From Clostridia bacterium (GTDB taxonomy: Bacteria > Bacillota > Clostridia > Oscillospirales > CAG-272), in assembly GCA_017625935.1 (NCBI GenBank), contig JAGALA010000054.1, positions 7,655-71,654 of the forward strand: a stretch of DNA of 64,000 bases, given 5' to 3'. The first letter of the stretch is position 1. Each line of letters opens with the position of its first letter. The position numbers were made by a program, and so were the translations under genes. Positions 25,111-33,616 of this stretch are shown here, in pieces. The notes under the pieces are model-generated. The model saw only the letters and a list, made by a program, of their open reading frames with translations. It did no database searches and was not told where the DNA came from.

Positions 25111-26427
25111 ATGAACTGTCAAAAAACAAAATTACTCCACGACAATTTAAGCGTAAAGGACGGCGTATTATACTTCGCCGACTATAACACAAGTGAGCTT
25201 GCAAAGAAATACGGCACACCCCTTATGCTCCTTGAAGAAAAGAGAATCAGGGAAAGAATGCGCACGTACAAAAACGCAATGGAAACGTATTTTGGCGTTG
25301 GCTCAAAGCCGCTTTTTGCATCAAAGGCACTTTCCTTTGTGGGCATTTACCAAATTGCCAAGGAGGAGGGCATAAACACGGATATTGTGTCGGTTGGTGA
25401 GCTTTATACCGCTATGAAGGCGGGCTTCCCACTTGAAAACGCATTCTTCCACGGAAACGCAAAGAGCGATAGCGACATTAAATTCGCAGTTGAAAATGGC
25501 ATCGGATATTTTATCGTAGATACCTATGACGAGCTTTATGCAATTGACAAAATAGCGGGAGAGCTTGGCATAGTTCAAAAAATTCTTTTGCGCTTAACCC
25601 CCGGAATTGACACACACACCCACGCGGCAATTGCAACAGGCAAGGTGGACAGTAAGTTCGGCACGTCAATTGAAACGGGACAAGCGTATGAAATAGTCAA
25701 GGAAGCAATTTCGCTCCCGAACATCAGCCTTCGCGGCTTTCACGCGCATATCGGCTCGCAGATTTTTGATATTAAGCCGTTTTGCGACTCCGCCGACATT
25801 ATGATTAGATTTGTCGGAGAGGTTAAGGAGTCCCTTGGCTTTGATACCGAAATATTAAACCTTGGCGGCGGCTTTGGCGTAAGATACGTGGAGTCCGACC
25901 CCGAAATTGACTACGTTGAAAACATTCGCTTAATTTCCGATCATATAAACAGCTACTGTGATGAAAACAGCCTACCCAAGCCCACAATTTTGATGGAGCC
26001 GGGCAGAAGCATCGTTGCAGATAGCGGTATGACTCTCTATACCGCGCTTTCCGTAAAGGAAATCACGGGCTATAAGAACTATGTGGCAATTGACGGCGGT
26101 ATGACCGATAACCCACGCTACGCACTCTATGGGTCAAGCTACACCGTGCTTGCGTCAAACAGAATGGATGAGGAAGCAAGTTATGAATGCACAATAGCAG
26201 GCAGAAACTGCGAAAGCGGCGACTTAATCCAAGAAAACGTAAAAATCCCAAGGGTCGAGCGCGGCGACAATATAGCAGTTTTGGTAACAGGCGCGTATAA
26301 CTACTCAATGGCATCAAACTACAACCGTGTCCCACGCCCCGCAGTTGTCCTGCTCGGCGACACCGACAGAGTTGTAATCAAGCGCGAAACCCCCGAGGAC
26401 GTGTCGCGTTTAGACATAATTTTATAA
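25111..26427 (+). CDS. lysA: diaminopimelate decarboxylase
   Basis: Fold-III PLP decarboxylase (FASKA..., HAHIGSQ, EPGRSIVA, CESGD). Confidence 0.93.
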   Translation: MNCQKTKLLHDNLSVKDGVLYFADYNTSELAKKYGTPLMLLEEKRIRERMRTYKNAMETYFGVGSKPLFASKALSFVGIYQIAKEEGINTDIVSVGELYTAMKAGFPLENAFFHGNAKSDSDIKFAVENGIGYFIVDTYDELYAIDKIAGELGIVQKILLRLTPGIDTHTHAAIATGKVDSKFGTSIETGQAYEIVKEAISLPNISLRGFHAHIGSQIFDIKPFCDSADIMIRFVGEVKESLGFDTEILNLGGGFGVRYVESDPEIDYVENIRLISDHINSYCDENSLPKPTILMEPGRSIVADSGMTLYTALSVKEITGYKNYVAIDGGMTDNPRYALYGSSYTVLASNRMDEEASYECTIAGRNCESGDLIQENVKIPRVERGDNIAVLVTGAYNYSMASNYNRVPRPAVVLLGDTDRVVIKRETPEDVSRLDIIL

Positions 26428-26434
26428 AATATTG

Positions 26435-26459
26435 TAGGGGAGGGGCTTGCTCCTCCCGT
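26435..26459. repeat. GC-rich hairpin element, copy B (TAGGGGAGG-loop-CCTCCCGT)
   Basis: Stem GGGAGG 26438-26443 pairs with CCTCCC 26452-26457. The flanks match copy A at 13-40. Confidence 0.4.
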
Positions 26460-26470
26460 TCGATTTATAA

Positions 26471-26500
26471 AAAACAGGGCGGTTTTATCCGCCCTGTTTT
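26471..26500. terminator. bidirectional intrinsic terminator
   Basis: AAAACAGGGCGG-TTTTAT-CCGCCCTGTTTT. Confidence 0.85.
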
Positions 26501-26527
26501 GTCGTCCTGTAGCAACGCGATAGAATC

Positions 26528-27667
26528 TTACTCCCAAACAACAACCTCACCGTTAACATAGTGCCAATAATTGCCACTTGTCGTCGGCTCGTTCTCGCTG
26601 TACCAATACACGGGTCTGGAATTATTCCAGTCCGAATCCCAACCACTCGGCGTGCTTGTTGCTTCGCAATAAAATGTTAACGAATTACATTGTAGAAATG
26701 CCAACCAATCTATGCTTTCGACACTAATAGGTATTACAATGCTTGTTAAGCTGGAACAATAATAAAATGCAGAGAATCCTATACTCGTAACACTGTTTGG
26801 TATTACTATGCTTGTCAAGCTTTTGCACCCTTTAAAAGCATCTGTTGATATAATTTTAATGTTGTCAGACAATTCTACATTTGTTAAGTTGTCGCAATAT
26901 CCAAATGCATTATCGCCTATGCTTATAACGCTATTTGGTATTACTATACTTGTTAAGCTTTCACAATGATAAAATGCGGAAGCGCCAATGCTTTTAATAC
27001 TATCTGGTATTGTTATACTTTTCAAGTTTCTGCAATGATAAAATGCGTAATCGCCAATGCTTGTAACACTGTTTGGTATTGTTATACTTGTCAAGCTTGT
27101 ACCGCCCCAAAAAGCAGAGCTTCCTATACTTGTTACAGGTTTATCATTGTAGGTGCTTGGTATAACAACATCGGTGCCTTCGTATGTGTCAAGACTAATT
27201 ACACAATAGGTATTTGTTGTTTCATCAAGAGCATACATAAGATCTTTTCGCGAAACGTATTGACATATGTCACATCTATTGCTATCTGTATATGTATGTG
27301 GAAGCGTTGGGGCAATTTCCTCTTGCTTTACAAGTGTTTCATTGCAAATTGAGCACTTCTTACCCTCTGTCAAACCGGGTTTACAGGTTGGAGCAACTTT
27401 GGGAATGGTTTCCTCTGTGTGTCCCAAGGCTAGAATTACCTCTTGTTCAATTTCAAATTCTCCACAAACCACACATACCTTGGATGCAGTGTAGCCATTT
27501 TCCGTGCAGGTTGGTGCTATCTCTGGAAGAACATTCCATGCATGCTTATGGTCACCTAAGTTGCTATTTGTTTCTGTATTGGTGTTATCTGTGCACGAGG
27601 CGAAAGAGAAGCACATCGCAACACAAAGCGACAATAGAATAATAGATAGTAATAGCTTTTTCTTCAT
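26528..27667 (-). CDS. BspA-type LRR lipoprotein with N-terminal Cys-rich repeats
   Basis: Lipobox FASC in MKKKLLLSIILLSLCVAMCFSFASC. Two H..APTC....G......C..C units, then seven 23-aa LRRs (SLTSIVIPNSVTSIG..AF..C). Confidence 0.85.
   Translation of the reverse strand: MKKKLLLSIILLSLCVAMCFSFASCTDNTNTETNSNLGDHKHAWNVLPEIAPTCTENGYTASKVCVVCGEFEIEQEVILALGHTEETIPKVAPTCKPGLTEGKKCSICNETLVKQEEIAPTLPHTYTDSNRCDICQYVSRKDLMYALDETTNTYCVISLDTYEGTDVVIPSTYNDKPVTSIGSSAFWGGTSLTSITIPNSVTSIGDYAFYHCRNLKSITIPDSIKSIGASAFYHCESLTSIVIPNSVISIGDNAFGYCDNLTNVELSDNIKIISTDAFKGCKSLTSIVIPNSVTSIGFSAFYYCSSLTSIVIPISVESIDWLAFLQCNSLTFYCEATSTPSGWDSDWNNSRPVYWYSENEPTTSGNYWHYVNGEVVVWE
26690..27140. repeat. tandem repeats of about 69 bp encoding the LRR units
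   Basis: Recurrent GTAACACTGTTTGGTATTAC/GTTATGCTTGTCAAGC-like blocks with a 69-bp period. Confidence 0.8.
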
Positions 27668-27803
27668 TTTTTCCTCCTACAAACAAAAAGCATCGCATCT
27701 TTATTTTATCATCGATTTGTTTCTATGTCAATATTTTACTAAATAAACATAATGTAGCCACCAAATCAAGATTAGAAATTTTTGCCGAATTTTGTATTTT
27801 ATG

Positions 27804-27832
27804 TTTACATTTTACTAAAAGTGTGCTAATAT
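27804..27832 (+). promoter_or_regulatory. sigmaA promoter, TTTACA-17-TGcTAATAT
   Basis: -35 at 27804-27809 and -10 at 27827-27832. Confidence 0.6.
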
Positions 27833-27865
27833 ATATACGAAAAAATTAAAAGGAGATTATTTATT

Positions 27866-28438
27866 ATGAACAACAAGGTTTTAGTTGAAACAAGCGCACG
27901 CCACGTGCATCTTTCACGTGAGCACATCGATATCCTTTTCGGTGCTGGCTATCAGCTCACAAACATTAAGGACTTAAGCCAACCGGGTCAGTTTGCTTGC
28001 CAAGAGAGAGTAACTGTTGTTGGACCTAAGAAGTCAATTGAGAGAGTTAGCATTCTCGGTCCTGAAAGAAAAGCATCACAGGTTGAGGTTTCCTTTACAG
28101 ACGCTCGTACACTCGGTGTAGTTGCTCCTGTAAGAGAGAGCGGCGACGTTGCAAACTCAGCTCCATGTAAGCTCGTTGGTCCATGCGGCGAGGTTGAGCT
28201 TTCAGAGGGCGTTATCATCGCAAAGAGACACATTCACTTCACTCCTGCCGAGGCAGAGGAAGCGGGTGTTAGCGACAAGGAAATCGTTAAGGTAAAGGTT
28301 AATTCTGACAGAACAACAATCTTTGACGATGTTGTAGTTAGAGTTCATCCAAACTTCTCAGCTGCTATGCACATCGACACAGACGAAGCAAATGCTTCCT
28401 GCGCATTCGGCACGGTTTACGGCGAAATCATTAAATAA
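27866..28438 (+). CDS. pduL: PduL-type phosphate acyltransferase
   Basis: VETSARHVHLSREHIDILFG...LSQPGQFAC, plus a second RHIH repeat. Confidence 0.9.
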   Translation: MNNKVLVETSARHVHLSREHIDILFGAGYQLTNIKDLSQPGQFACQERVTVVGPKKSIERVSILGPERKASQVEVSFTDARTLGVVAPVRESGDVANSAPCKLVGPCGEVELSEGVIIAKRHIHFTPAEAEEAGVSDKEIVKVKVNSDRTTIFDDVVVRVHPNFSAAMHIDTDEANASCAFGTVYGEIIK

Positions 28439-28451
28439 TTAAGCTACATAG

Positions 28452-28478
28452 AAAAGAGTCCTTCGGGGCTCTTTTTTG
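28452..28478 (+). terminator. intrinsic terminator
   Basis: AAGAGTCC-TTCG-GGGCTCTT followed by TTTTT. Confidence 0.8.
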
Positions 28479-28646
28479 TTGCGAAAAGATGCGCAAATGG
28501 CTCCTTTGAGGAGAAAGCTCCCGACGTTGTCGGGCGAGGGAGAATGCAAATTGATAAAAATAATAGAAATATTTTTTGAAAACATTCCAAAATTTCAAAA
28601 AATTACCGACTTAATTAGTGAAGGGACAAAAAGGAGGTAATTTATA

Positions 28647-29417
28647 ATGAAAATAAAAAACGATAAAACAACAAAGATGTTAGTACGTATTATAGTATCT
28701 CTTTTGTTAACTCTTACATTATGCTCCTCATCCTCTTGTGTTAGTGATAATGCTGAGCGAAATTCAGACACAGGTGCGCCAAATTTCAGACTTGCAGGCA
28801 CGAAAGAGTATAACGGCTTTTATCTTGACTCCTATCTATATGAGGATATCATAAACGCCGAGGACACGGTAAGCTTCAAGGTGCAGGTTTTGCCTGTGCA
28901 AGAGACGCCAAGCGGCTTTATTTATAACGGAAAAAGCTACGCGCAATACAAAGAGGAGCATTTGGAAAGCAAAAATCTTGTTGAAAAGCTAAAAAGCTTG
29001 CTAACGGAAGGCGAGGCGCTAAAATACGGCGAATCACTTTACACTACGGGCACACCCGAGGATGAGCTTTGGTCGTATGAAAGATATAACTATAAAATTC
29101 AAAAATATTATGGCGAGCAAATGCTTGATATCTATATAGTAAACGGAGAATTTTTGAAGGAAAAATTAGAAAGCGACCTTGCATATGCTAAGGAAGAAAC
29201 GAACAAGAAAAACAGCTTGGCAAACGAAGCATATCTGGCTGGGGCAAAAAAGCAGCTTGAGGATGCGCTCGCGGTATTTAAGACGGTAGATAAGGATGCC
29301 GTGATAGAGAACGGAGTGATAAATCTTACCGTGACGAAAAGCTCTCTTGTGGGGTTAGGTAATAAATATGATAATTGTTATATCATAAGGTATCCTCTTT
29401 ACGTATCAAACGATTGA
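28647..29417 (+). CDS. secreted (lipoprotein-like) protein, paralogue 1 of the anti-sigma extracytoplasmic domain
   Basis: AAGGAGG RBS and signal peptide MLVRIIVSLLLTLTLCSSSSC. The mature part aligns over about 190 aa with the 29451 and 30975 proteins. Confidence 0.75.
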   Translation: MKIKNDKTTKMLVRIIVSLLLTLTLCSSSSCVSDNAERNSDTGAPNFRLAGTKEYNGFYLDSYLYEDIINAEDTVSFKVQVLPVQETPSGFIYNGKSYAQYKEEHLESKNLVEKLKSLLTEGEALKYGESLYTTGTPEDELWSYERYNYKIQKYYGEQMLDIYIVNGEFLKEKLESDLAYAKEETNKKNSLANEAYLAGAKKQLEDALAVFKTVDKDAVIENGVINLTVTKSSLVGLGNKYDNCYIIRYPLYVSND

Positions 29418-29450
29418 ATTAACTAAGCAGTGATTAAAAGGAGAAATAAT

Positions 29451-30323
29451 ATGAAAAAAGCTATTGTATTCGGATTAACTGTTCTTTTGACAGCTATAGC
29501 GCTCGCGTCCTGCACCTCGATTAAGCACGAACATATCTTTGGTGATTACGTGTCAAACGGTCAGTATCACCATAAACCCTTTATCGAGTGCACGTGGGAC
29601 AGGTGCTTAGTTGACCCTGTGATTTCAAAATGCACGGACGGAAACGGCGACACAATTTGCGACGTTTGCAAGCATCCAATTTATTATGTTCTGCCCGACT
29701 GGTATTCGTCAGAGTGGAGAGAGGGCATTGAGGTCTCCCCTGAGCTGGAAAGCGAACTAAAAAGCGCCAAGGACGATGACGTAATTTATATGTACGCCTT
29801 TTATGACGGTAATCCAAGTGATGATTTTGTTTACCGCGAGCTTACATATCTTGAATGGAAAAATGACCTAAACGAGCAAAGGATGCTTTCAACAAAGCTC
29901 GTTTCATTACTAAAGGACGGCGAATACCTAAAGCACGGCGAAGCACTATATAGAGAGGGCGTTAACGGAGAAAAATGGGCGAAGGAGCTTTACGAAGCAA
30001 CGCGCGAGTATTACGGAGAGGAGCTGCTTTCAAGATACATCGTCGACGGTGAGCTTTTGATAAACGAGATAAACGTGCAAATTGCAAGCTGTGCGGTAGC
30101 AATAGAAAATATACAAGACACCCTTATTGAGCTTGGCGCTCAATACCGAATTTACCTTGCAGAAGCCGAGCTTGAAAAATTCAAGGAAATTGCGCCCGAT
30201 GCCGAAATAAAGCACGAAAGCATTCATTTTTCAATGACAAAGGAAGAGTTTTCAAATCTTGCGCTTGATAGCAAGGAAATGTACCTATTTTGCCTTGACT
30301 CCTCTTATTATCAAAAATACTAA
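29451..30323 (+). CDS. lipoprotein, paralogue 2 of the anti-sigma extracytoplasmic domain (extra Cys-rich N-terminal segment)
   Basis: ATG at 29451 after AAAGGAG. Lipobox LASC. LVSLLKDGEYLKHGEALY...YYGEELLSRYIVDGELL is shared with the paralogues. Confidence 0.75.
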   Translation: MKKAIVFGLTVLLTAIALASCTSIKHEHIFGDYVSNGQYHHKPFIECTWDRCLVDPVISKCTDGNGDTICDVCKHPIYYVLPDWYSSEWREGIEVSPELESELKSAKDDDVIYMYAFYDGNPSDDFVYRELTYLEWKNDLNEQRMLSTKLVSLLKDGEYLKHGEALYREGVNGEKWAKELYEATREYYGEELLSRYIVDGELLINEINVQIASCAVAIENIQDTLIELGAQYRIYLAEAELEKFKEIAPDAEIKHESIHFSMTKEEFSNLALDSKEMYLFCLDSSYYQKY

Positions 30324-30326
30324 TAT

Positions 30327-30355
30327 TTGCATATTGGAAAAGCTTATGGTATAAT
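30327..30355 (+). promoter_or_regulatory. sigmaA promoter, TTGCAT-17-TGgTATAAT
   Basis: -35 at 30327-30332 and -10 at 30350-30355, upstream of the sigma gene. Confidence 0.65.
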
Positions 30356-30387
30356 GAAAATAGAACTATAGGAAGGGAGGGATTTTT

Positions 30388-30978
30388 ATGCAGATAGCTA
30401 TGGAGACGTGCGCGAGCTTAAGCGACGATGAAATTATCGAGCTGTATTTTCAAAGGAGCGAAAGCGCAATTGATGAAACGGACAAAAAATACGGTGAGCT
30501 TGTTTTCAGAATTGCCTACAATATACTAAATGATAAAAGCGATAGCGAGGAGTGTCAAAACGACACCTATCTTGACGTGTGGAAAGCCATTCCGCCGACA
30601 CGTCCACGCGTTTTTGGCGCATTTATCGCAAAAATAGCGCGCAGAATTTCCATTGACTTATATAGGCACAAAGCAAGGAAAAGGAGCGTGCCGAGCGAGC
30701 TTGTTTCATCAATTGACGAGCTTGAATTTTGCTTAACCGACGAAAAAAACGTGCTTGAAAGCATAGAGGTAAAGGAGCTGGCACGCGCGCTGAACACCTT
30801 TTTAAAAACGCTTTCCCAAAAGCAACAGTATATTTTCATCAGCCGCTTTTATTTTTCATACTCGGTTGAGCAAATTGCAAGAGAAATGGGAAGCACGCCA
30901 TCAAGCGTTTATAAAGCGCTCGAAAAAATCAAGCGCGCCCTTGGCGAGTATCTAAAAAAGGAAGGGGTGGACGTATGA
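30388..30978 (+). CDS. sigma-70-family (ECF-like) RNA polymerase sigma factor
   Basis: Region-2-like YGELVFRIAYNIL..SEECQNDTYLDVWKAI. Region-4 HTH YSVEQIAREMGSTPSSVYKALEKIKRAL. 196 aa. Confidence 0.8.
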   Translation: MQIAMETCASLSDDEIIELYFQRSESAIDETDKKYGELVFRIAYNILNDKSDSEECQNDTYLDVWKAIPPTRPRVFGAFIAKIARRISIDLYRHKARKRSVPSELVSSIDELEFCLTDEKNVLESIEVKELARALNTFLKTLSQKQQYIFISRFYFSYSVEQIAREMGSTPSSVYKALEKIKRALGEYLKKEGVDV

Positions 30979-31832
30979 ATGAAAAGCTTTTGGATGCAGT
31001 CGGCTCACTTGATGACGAGCTGCTCGAAAATTACTTCAAGACGAAAGCGGAATTTGATAAAAACAAGACACGTCCCCGCTTATCTTTGCAAAAATACATC
31101 TCCTTAGCTGCTTGCTTTGTTTTGGTTTTTGCAGTTGCTATAACCGCTATAATAATAGAATTTGGCGGTCCACGCGGCGGCAGCATAGGTGACGTTGGGG
31201 CTGACGGTAACGTAACACCCGATACAAGCGTTGACGAGGGGCTTGGAAACGGGCTTTCGGTTTCACCCGAGCTATATGAGGCGATGAAAAAAGCGCAGGA
31301 CGTGGATGTTTTGGCGGTTATTGTCAATTCTCAAATTATCGCGCCAAACGATTTTAACTATAACGGAAAAGCCTTCAGCGAATATAACAGCGCGTATATA
31401 GAGCTTGGCAAGGTGTTAAAAAAGCTGAACGAGCTTTTAGTTGACGGTGAATACTTAAAATACGGCGAAGCACTTTACAAGGATGGTGCGCCCGATGGCA
31501 CAAAATGGACGCGTGAGGTGTACGAAAAGACGGTAGCCTACTACGGTGACTTGTTTGATAAGTACATCAAAAACGGTGAGCTTCTTGAAAATGAGCTTTT
31601 AGGCGAGATAAAAGCAGTGGAAAACGCAAGGGCGGAGCTTGATAGGACCTTTGACGAAATAGCCAGCGCATACGGCTCTATATTTGCCGAGGAAAACCTG
31701 CCGTTTTTTGAAAAAATCAGCGAAAAGGCGGAAGTCAATGATGGAAAAATCCATCTTGAAATCACCAAGGCGGAGCTACAGAAAATCGCATCAAGCGGCG
31801 ACGGTAAATACTATTTTACCTTGGCAGAATAA
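30975..31832 (+). CDS. putative single-pass anti-sigma factor with paralogous extracytoplasmic domain
   Basis: ATGA overlap with the sigma gene. N-terminus MNEKLLDAVGSLDDELLENYF, TM helix ISLAACFVLVFAVAITAIIIEF, then the domain shared with the 28647 and 29451 proteins. Confidence 0.6.
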   Translation: MNEKLLDAVGSLDDELLENYFKTKAEFDKNKTRPRLSLQKYISLAACFVLVFAVAITAIIIEFGGPRGGSIGDVGADGNVTPDTSVDEGLGNGLSVSPELYEAMKKAQDVDVLAVIVNSQIIAPNDFNYNGKAFSEYNSAYIELGKVLKKLNELLVDGEYLKYGEALYKDGAPDGTKWTREVYEKTVAYYGDLFDKYIKNGELLENELLGEIKAVENARAELDRTFDEIASAYGSIFAEENLPFFEKISEKAEVNDGKIHLEITKAELQKIASSGDGKYYFTLAE

Positions 31833-31843
31833 AAAATCATATG

Positions 31844-31873
31844 GAAAGGAGTCCGATTTGGGCTCCTTTCTTT
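31844..31873 (+). terminator. intrinsic terminator
   Basis: GAAAGGAGTCC-loop-GGCTCCTTTC followed by TTTG. Confidence 0.7.
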
Positions 31874-31925
31874 GTGCAATCGCGTTCCGAAAGCCCACCT
31901 AAAAACCCAGCAATGCGCCCATAGG

Positions 31926-31954
31926 TTGACAAATGGAAAAAAATGTGGTATAAT
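31926..31954 (+). promoter_or_regulatory. sigmaA promoter, TTGACA-17-TGgTATAAT (full consensus)
   Basis: -35 at 31926-31931 and -10 at 31949-31954. Confidence 0.75.
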
Positions 31955-32009
31955 GAATACGTATTGCTATATTTTCAATGCACACAAATAATCCCAAAGG
32001 CGAAAAAAT

Positions 32010-32672
32010 ATGATTAAGTATGAAAAAAGTGTTTCCTTTGATATTCAAGCGAAGCAGTTAAATTACATTCTTACCGCACCGAATGATATAAAAGAGGGGG
32101 AGAAGCTTCCGCTTATTGTTTTCCTTCACGGTGCAGGTGAGCGCGGCGACAATGTCGATGCGTTAAAGGTTTATTGCATACCAAAGCTCTTTACAAAAAA
32201 TGAGGAGCATGACGGTGTGCGCGCATATACCTTGAGCCCGCAATGTCCGTCACATCCGTTTACCTGGTACGATTTCAAAAACGAGGTAATGGCGTTGATT
32301 GACAAAACGGTTGAGGAAAACCAAATTGACCCTCAAAGGGTTTCTCTTTGCGGAATCAGTATGGGTGGCTTTGGCACCTGGGAGCTTGCACTTACATACC
32401 CCGAGCGCTTTATGAAAATAGCACCGCTTTGCTCGGGCGGAATGAGCTGGCGCGCTTGGGCAATTAAGATGCCCGTGCGTGCTTACCACGGCAAGCTTGA
32501 TGATGTTGTCCCCTATGCTTATTCAACCTTGATGGTTGACGCGGTGAATGCGTGCGGCGGAAATGCCGAGCTTATTACCTTCGACGATCTTAAACACAAC
32601 TGCTGGGATAGAGCATTTGAACAAACCGATCTTATAAAATGGCTTGTAGAAGCGCCAACTAAGGAGCAGTAA
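32010..32672 (+). CDS. alpha/beta-hydrolase (carboxylesterase/phospholipase family)
   Basis: PLIVFLHGAGERGDN, a nucleophile elbow GISMGG, and a C-terminal HGKLDDVVP...H. Confidence 0.75.
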   Translation: MIKYEKSVSFDIQAKQLNYILTAPNDIKEGEKLPLIVFLHGAGERGDNVDALKVYCIPKLFTKNEEHDGVRAYTLSPQCPSHPFTWYDFKNEVMALIDKTVEENQIDPQRVSLCGISMGGFGTWELALTYPERFMKIAPLCSGGMSWRAWAIKMPVRAYHGKLDDVVPYAYSTLMVDAVNACGGNAELITFDDLKHNCWDRAFEQTDLIKWLVEAPTKEQ

Positions 32673-33595
32673 TGGAAATTATTAAAACAAAATTCGGACG
32701 CGAAATAAAGCGTATCTTGCACATTCTCAACCCCTTAGCGGGACACGGAATGGCAAGGAAAATCAAAAAGCATATAAAGGACACGGACGAAACGTATATG
32801 TCGGAGTCCCCTGCCGCAACAAGCAGATTCATTAAGGAGTCCTGCCAGGTTGAGCCTGACACCTGCTTTACCGTTTACGGCGGTGACGGTACCGTGCACA
32901 GAGCCGTAAATGCGGTTATGGCAAGCGGCTGCAACAAGGAAGCAATGCTTAAAATTGTGCCAATCGGCTCGGGAAATGACTTCATTCGCTCGTTTGACGA
33001 TATGCCTGACGAGTTCTGCGCGGATATTATGAAATTCAACGAAAAATATGCCGCAAATATTGTAAATATGGGCTTTGACTGCAACGTTGTTAAGCGTGCG
33101 GATAAGGTGAAAAAGCTTCCCTTGATTAACGGTCCGTTTGCCTATATTCTTGGCGTGATTGGAGAGCTTTTCCACAAAAAGCCGCTTAAGGCAAGAGTAG
33201 TGCTTACCTACGAGGACGGCACAACCGAGGAAATTAACGAGGAGCTTTTGCTTATTGCTATCGGCAACGGCAGATGGTACGGCGGCGGCTTCAAGGCAAT
33301 CCCCGGTGCTAAGCTTGACTCGGGTACTCTTGACGTTACGATAATCAGAAACGTCAGTGTTGCACGTTTTCTTTCCCTTGTCGGCGCGTTTAAGAAGGGA
33401 ACTCACGTTTTAGACCCCGAAAACGCAATAATAAAGCCAAAATTTGAAAAACATCTTATCTACAAAAGATGCGTCGGCGTTCACGTTGACGGCGTTGATT
33501 GCGTTTGCGCAGACGGCGAAATTTACAAGCGTAACGAGGTTAACGTAGAGGTTGTGCCGAAGGCGATTAGCATCATTCAACATAAAATACAATAA
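32672..33595 (+). CDS. diacylglycerol/lipid kinase-family protein (YegS/BmrU type)
   Basis: VYGGDGTVHRAVN and IVPIGSGNDF motifs. Confidence 0.85.
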   Translation: MEIIKTKFGREIKRILHILNPLAGHGMARKIKKHIKDTDETYMSESPAATSRFIKESCQVEPDTCFTVYGGDGTVHRAVNAVMASGCNKEAMLKIVPIGSGNDFIRSFDDMPDEFCADIMKFNEKYAANIVNMGFDCNVVKRADKVKKLPLINGPFAYILGVIGELFHKKPLKARVVLTYEDGTTEEINEELLLIAIGNGRWYGGGFKAIPGAKLDSGTLDVTIIRNVSVARFLSLVGAFKKGTHVLDPENAIIKPKFEKHLIYKRCVGVHVDGVDCVCADGEIYKRNEVNVEVVPKAISIIQHKIQ

Positions 33596-33616
33596 AGAGG
33601 GCATCTCATTAAGAAT

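Noticed and set aside
26690-27140. Regular 69-bp periodic repeats that might look like a CRISPR array
   Set aside because: The period is a multiple of 3 and lies inside a long ORF encoding 23-aa LRR units. There are no unique spacers, no cas genes and no leader.
32735-33406. 223-aa minus-strand ORF
   Set aside because: Antisense to the lipid-kinase gene, whose GGDGT and GSGNDF motifs establish the plus frame.
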